A DNA stretch of 63,519 nucleotides, the filler included, from Nitrospinae bacterium RIFCSPLOWO2_12_FULL_45_22 (GTDB lineage: Bacteria; 2-12-FULL-45-22), in the NCBI GenBank assembly GCA_001803565.1. It is 3 parts of 3 records of this genome, joined end to end, with 100 filler letters (N's around TTAATTAATTAA, not from the genome) between each part and the next. Parts side by side here need not be neighbours in the genome. Positions count along the whole stretch, not along the records: positions 48,992 to 63,519 come from MHDQ01000225.1; 2 more parts are not named here. The stretch is one strand, 5' to 3'. Positions 59,870 through 63,519 of this stretch are shown here, piece by piece (the first letter of the stretch is position 1; each line of letters begins with the position of its first letter). The position numbers and the translations under genes are program-made. The notes under the pieces are model-generated. The model saw only the letters and a list, made by a program, of their open reading frames with translations. It ran no database searches and was not told the origin of the DNA.

Positions 59870-61605
59870 TTAATGGTTTCCATATATTTTATACCGGTTA
59901 TAGTATAAGGGTTGATCCCCTAATTTGGCTACATAAATACACCTTCNNNNNNNNNNNNNNNNNNNNNNNNNGGTTGATCCCCTAATTTGGCTACATAAAT
60001 ACACCTTCCTGAGGGCATAGGCTGATCTTGTAACCAAGCCGGCCTGGGGAACCTGGTATCAGGACTATCAATGACCCATACCAGCGTATCAATAGCATTG
60101 GGCAACCCTAAATTCACTATTTTACCCAACGAAGAAGAGTGGATATAATTCTGGGCGGGTATCAGGTTCTCTTTCTCATAATGAGCAAAAGAAATATTTA
60201 TTCCCTTATGCCCCTTTAGGTGGATAAAATTAGGGGTGGTGGTCTGTGGTATCGTTATCTCAAAAATATGATACTCAGGTAAATAGTACATGACATGCCT
60301 GAGCCAGCGCCTGCTATTTTCGTTGCCCCATTCTGTTATCAGGGCAGTATTAGTCGGTGAATAATGGGAGCGGATAAATCTGATCTCTTCCGCTATTAAT
60401 TTATCTCGGGCCTCAATGGTTTTATATGATAATTGAAATTCCGGGTGTTTAGGATAGAGGAAAGCGCCAAAGTTTTCAATCAGGCAATAGGCCAGAAAGA
60501 TACCTATGAGCCCATAGGGATTTAGATAGCCGGTCAGTTGATGAACTCTTCTAGCTAAATTCACCACCAGGTAGCTGAAAGTTATATACACTGGTGGCAG
60601 AAAAGTCAAAAGATATCCTTCCTTGGGTAAGTGGAAGCATAGATAAAAGGAGAGGGGACACAATATCCAGATAGCTAAAAAGAGAATCTTTTTTCCCTCC
60701 CAGGTAGCAATAGAAAGCATCCTTTTTCGGTTTAATAATAGATAGCCTAGTAGTAATAAAGGAAAGAGATAGAGGTCCCTCAATATCCATACCTGTGTCC
60801 GGTTGCCCAATCGGTGCAAAAAAGATAGGTTTGCCCCAAAAAAGATCGAGCTACCTTCCACCATACCGCGCCAGAGGGTATATGTAGCATGGGAATATTC
60901 TTCCCAGCCACCATTGAGCCAGATAGTAGGCAGATACCAGGACAGGGTAGAACAAAGTAGAAGCACAAGGGCGACTAGCAGCTCCTTCTTACTAGAGAGC
61001 TTCTTCTGGTAAACTAAAGCAAAACACCACAAGGGCAAAAGGAGCATCTCGGCCGTCTGCCTTATTCCCCCAGCCAGGCCCAGGGCGATGGCTGAGGGGT
61101 AAAGGCTCCTCTTGTCCCCCATAAGGAATTGGTAACTCAAATAGGCTATAGTAACACTAATAAATGCCTCCGCAATATAGGCCGAGGTTATTTCTCCATA
61201 AAACCAGAATATCCGACAAAAAAGAAAAGTCAGACCCGATACTACCCCGACCCAACGATCAAACATGGTTCGGGCCAGGAGGTACAATATAGCCACAGTA
61301 AAGGTGCTCAGAATGATATTCAACGCAATATAGCTAAAGTTAGGGTCATTAAAAACATAATTTAGGGCCTTGGCCAGGCCTACCAAAAAAATATAGCCTG
61401 GTGGGTGGGGTTGATGGTCAGGCACATCATAATCGCTTAAGGCCAGGGCAAATTGTACGGCATCCCAGTCATAGAGCATCTGGCTCTTTAAAGGCCACCG
61501 ACTTATAAATACCAGGATGGCCGCAAGCGATATTATTATGGGATCAGGTTTTACTAATCCGGCCTTTTGGGCTCGAAAATATAGCTTCTTCATTTTTTGT
61601 AACAT
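59870..61605 (-). CDS. GT-C fold (ArnT/PMT-like) membrane glycosyltransferase
   Basis: DWDAVQFALAL..YD...HQPHPPGY motif, many TMs; end corrected for the duplicated 37 bp around the N gap (C-terminus ..GDQPLYYNRYKIYGNH). Confidence 0.8.
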
Positions 61606-61648
61606 TTTTTTTCGTTCAAACTTGTAGTGAGCAAAGCGAACCTATCTT

Positions 61649-63154
61649 TCATCTCAGTGTCTCAGTCTTTCTGTGGCAAGTATTCTCCTTACTGAACGGT
61701 TGCATCTTTTTTATCCCGATAAAGGATAGCTTAATAAGGCGGTAGAATCGTTGCGGATGGATCAATCCCATCAGGCTGCTATGGCGGAATATGCGAAATT
61801 CTACACAATATAATTCAAATATGCCAAACACCAGGGTATATAACTGGAATAAACTTTTACTCTTCGTCTGGATGAGCCGTCTAAAAAACCTGATAAGCCA
61901 GGGGAATTCCACTATCAAAGGCAACAGCTTATGCAGATTGTCTATTTCATGCCGATTAGGGAGTTGTAAGGGAGTCCTCAGGAGATAGTGCCGTTCCATT
62001 TTATCTGGTGGGTCTATCTCAATACCCATCTGTCTCGTTATCTGATAAATGGCGGTCTTAGGGTAGGGGTGCATAATAGAGGCCCAGGCATAATCTACCC
62101 CACATTCTATATTCAGCTTAATAGTTTCCAGCTCATCCTCGATAGTACTACCCGGTATTCCTACAATACTGGCCGTATTCAGTTTTATCCCATAGCGCTT
62201 TATCAGGTGGCAGGCATCTAGTATCTGCTGATTAGTCATTTTACGGTTAAGTACCTGCGCTCGTAATTGCTCATTGGCAGTTTCAATACCCAGGCCTATG
62301 CTATAACAGCCGGCCATTTTCAGGAGTCTTATCCGGTTCTTAGTGACCAGGTCAGCCCTCAATCCGCAGAAGAAAGGTAGGCCAATCTTTCGCCGATAGC
62401 TCTCAGCAAACTCCCCCAACCATTCTTCTTGCACAATGAAGATGTCATCGGTAAAACGCACTAAAGACAAAGGATATCTGTCTTTAACCTGGTGGATTTC
62501 TTCTAAGAGGTTATTGACTGAACGGTATCTGAGCGGGCGGCCCTTTCCCTTATAGATATTATTAAAGGCATGGTTGAAGCAGTAGGAGCACTGGTAGGGG
62601 CAACCCCGGCCAGCCAGGAAAGTCTTTAAGCCAGAGCTTCCTAGCTGCTTATAGCAGTAAAAAATACTGCGGTCGGGAAAAGCTAACTGGTCAAGGTCTT
62701 CTATTAAAGGAGCTACCGGATTGCGGGATATAGTGCCATTGGTCTTTATCCATATACCTGGGATTTCTCTAATATCCGCCAGGGATTGGCCCTGATCTAA
62801 CCTATTCGCCAACTCTACTATAGCCGCTTCTCCTTCGCCTATACAAATTGCATCCAGAGGATATTCTTCCAGCGTTTCCGGTGAAAAGGTCGGGTGTGGG
62901 CCACCGAAAATTACATAAGTGCGAAAATTGGTTTTAACCCATTGAGCAATGTTAATGTAGAACTTTTCCCAGCCCGTCATAACGCTGAAAGCGACTATCT
63001 CTGGCTGATAGTGGGTAATTTCTTGCGAGAGGGCCTTATAGCTCCCGAAGAAATGACAACGGCCCTGATGCCCGTTCTCTTTTAGAGCCCCAGCTAAATA
63101 GCCTATACCTAATGGCTCTTGATGCAGTTCATCTATAACGAAGAGCACCCTCAT
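61649..63154 (-). CDS. B12-binding radical SAM protein
   Basis: PLGIGYLA, GGPHPT, IGEGE, RGCPYQCSYC, FTDD, GIET. Confidence 0.93.
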   Translation of the reverse strand: MRVLFVIDELHQEPLGIGYLAGALKENGHQGRCHFFGSYKALSQEITHYQPEIVAFSVMTGWEKFYINIAQWVKTNFRTYVIFGGPHPTFSPETLEEYPLDAICIGEGEAAIVELANRLDQGQSLADIREIPGIWIKTNGTISRNPVAPLIEDLDQLAFPDRSIFYCYKQLGSSGLKTFLAGRGCPYQCSYCFNHAFNNIYKGKGRPLRYRSVNNLLEEIHQVKDRYPLSLVRFTDDIFIVQEEWLGEFAESYRRKIGLPFFCGLRADLVTKNRIRLLKMAGCYSIGLGIETANEQLRAQVLNRKMTNQQILDACHLIKRYGIKLNTASIVGIPGSTIEDELETIKLNIECGVDYAWASIMHPYPKTAIYQITRQMGIEIDPPDKMERHYLLRTPLQLPNRHEIDNLHKLLPLIVEFPWLIRFFRRLIQTKSKSLFQLYTLVFGIFELYCVEFRIFRHSSLMGLIHPQRFYRLIKLSFIGIKKMQPFSKENTCHRKTETLR

Positions 63155-63519
63155 CGTAACACTTTTTGATAGATTTCTAATACTTTATCGGCTTGCCGAT
63201 CCAGGGAAAAGTGTTGCAATATCCGCTGCCGGGCAGCCTGCCCCATCTCCTGCCGTTGCTTGCTATCCTTAAAAAGCATCACTATGGCCTTAGCCAGGTT
63301 TTCCGGGATATCGTCCTGGACAACATAACCGGTTACACCATCCTCCACCAGCTCAGGTAATACTCCTCTACCAGAGGCCACGACTGGTTTACCCATGACC
63401 ATGGCCTCCATCACTGCCCGGCAGGAGCCATCGGAACCCGGCACCAGATAAGCCTTAGCGTCCATACAAGCCAATACATCTTGATAGTCATTATCTCGAT
63501 AGCCAGTAAAGATGACATT
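63151..63519 (-). CDS. Glycosyltransferase family 4, C-terminal part
   Basis: DGSCRAVMEAMVMGKPVVAS..G.LPELVEDGVTG motif; runs off the window. Confidence 0.88.
   Translation of the reverse strand, partial: NVIFTGYRDNDYQDVLACMDAKAYLVPGSDGSCRAVMEAMVMGKPVVASGRGVLPELVEDGVTGYVVQDDIPENLAKAIVMLFKDSKQRQEMGQAARQRILQHFSLDRQADKVLEIYQKVLR

Noticed and set aside
59910-60008. 37-bp direct repeat flanking 25 Ns
   Set aside because: Unmerged scaffold overlap; collapsing it restores a normal C-terminus
391-63085. Numerous 60-160 aa ORFs antisense or out of frame within confident genes
   Set aside because: Shadow ORFs with no motifs

Overview
Bacterial draft/MAG sequence from a probably anaerobic, selenocysteine-using organism (gene content resembles Desulfobacterota/Nitrospinota-type lineages; this is inference). 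The window is three contigs joined by artificial N-TTAATTAATTAA-N linkers (30088-30187, 48892-48991), so adjacency across those points is not biological. Contig 1: an integrase abutting tRNA-Gly/tRNA-Cys, MFS, dedA, mtgA, a four-gene 2-oxoacid:ferredoxin oxidoreductase cluster, leuC-(insert)-leuD-leuB, asd, system II cytochrome c biogenesis genes followed by an unannotated UxxC DsbA-like selenoprotein and MauE/DoxX, mtnA, rel, rpmB, and a ~9.5 kb phage-satellite-like element bounded by a tRNA-Leu(CAG) 3' fragment (Xis, TerS-like, PC4, DUF3854 primase, regulators, cargo genes with shared structured leaders, VapBC-like pair). Contig 2: a long minus-strand run HdrB-HdrC fusion / split archaeal-type glutamate synthase with two FMN subunits / MetV / MetF / aminotransferase / hom / apgM / lysC, then smpB, tmRNA and an enoyl-CoA hydratase / double CoA-transferase / phosphoesterase operon. 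Contig 3: a large CoA-activase with an in-frame palindromic repeat insertion, and a surface-glycan locus. Intergenic DNA is full of nested palindromic repeats, one with MITE hallmarks. Best candidates for undescribed biology: the HdrBC-GltB-MetVF operon, the satellite with its repeated leader motifs, and the Sec-DsbA/MauE cytochrome c module. Family assignments come from motif recognition, not database searches.
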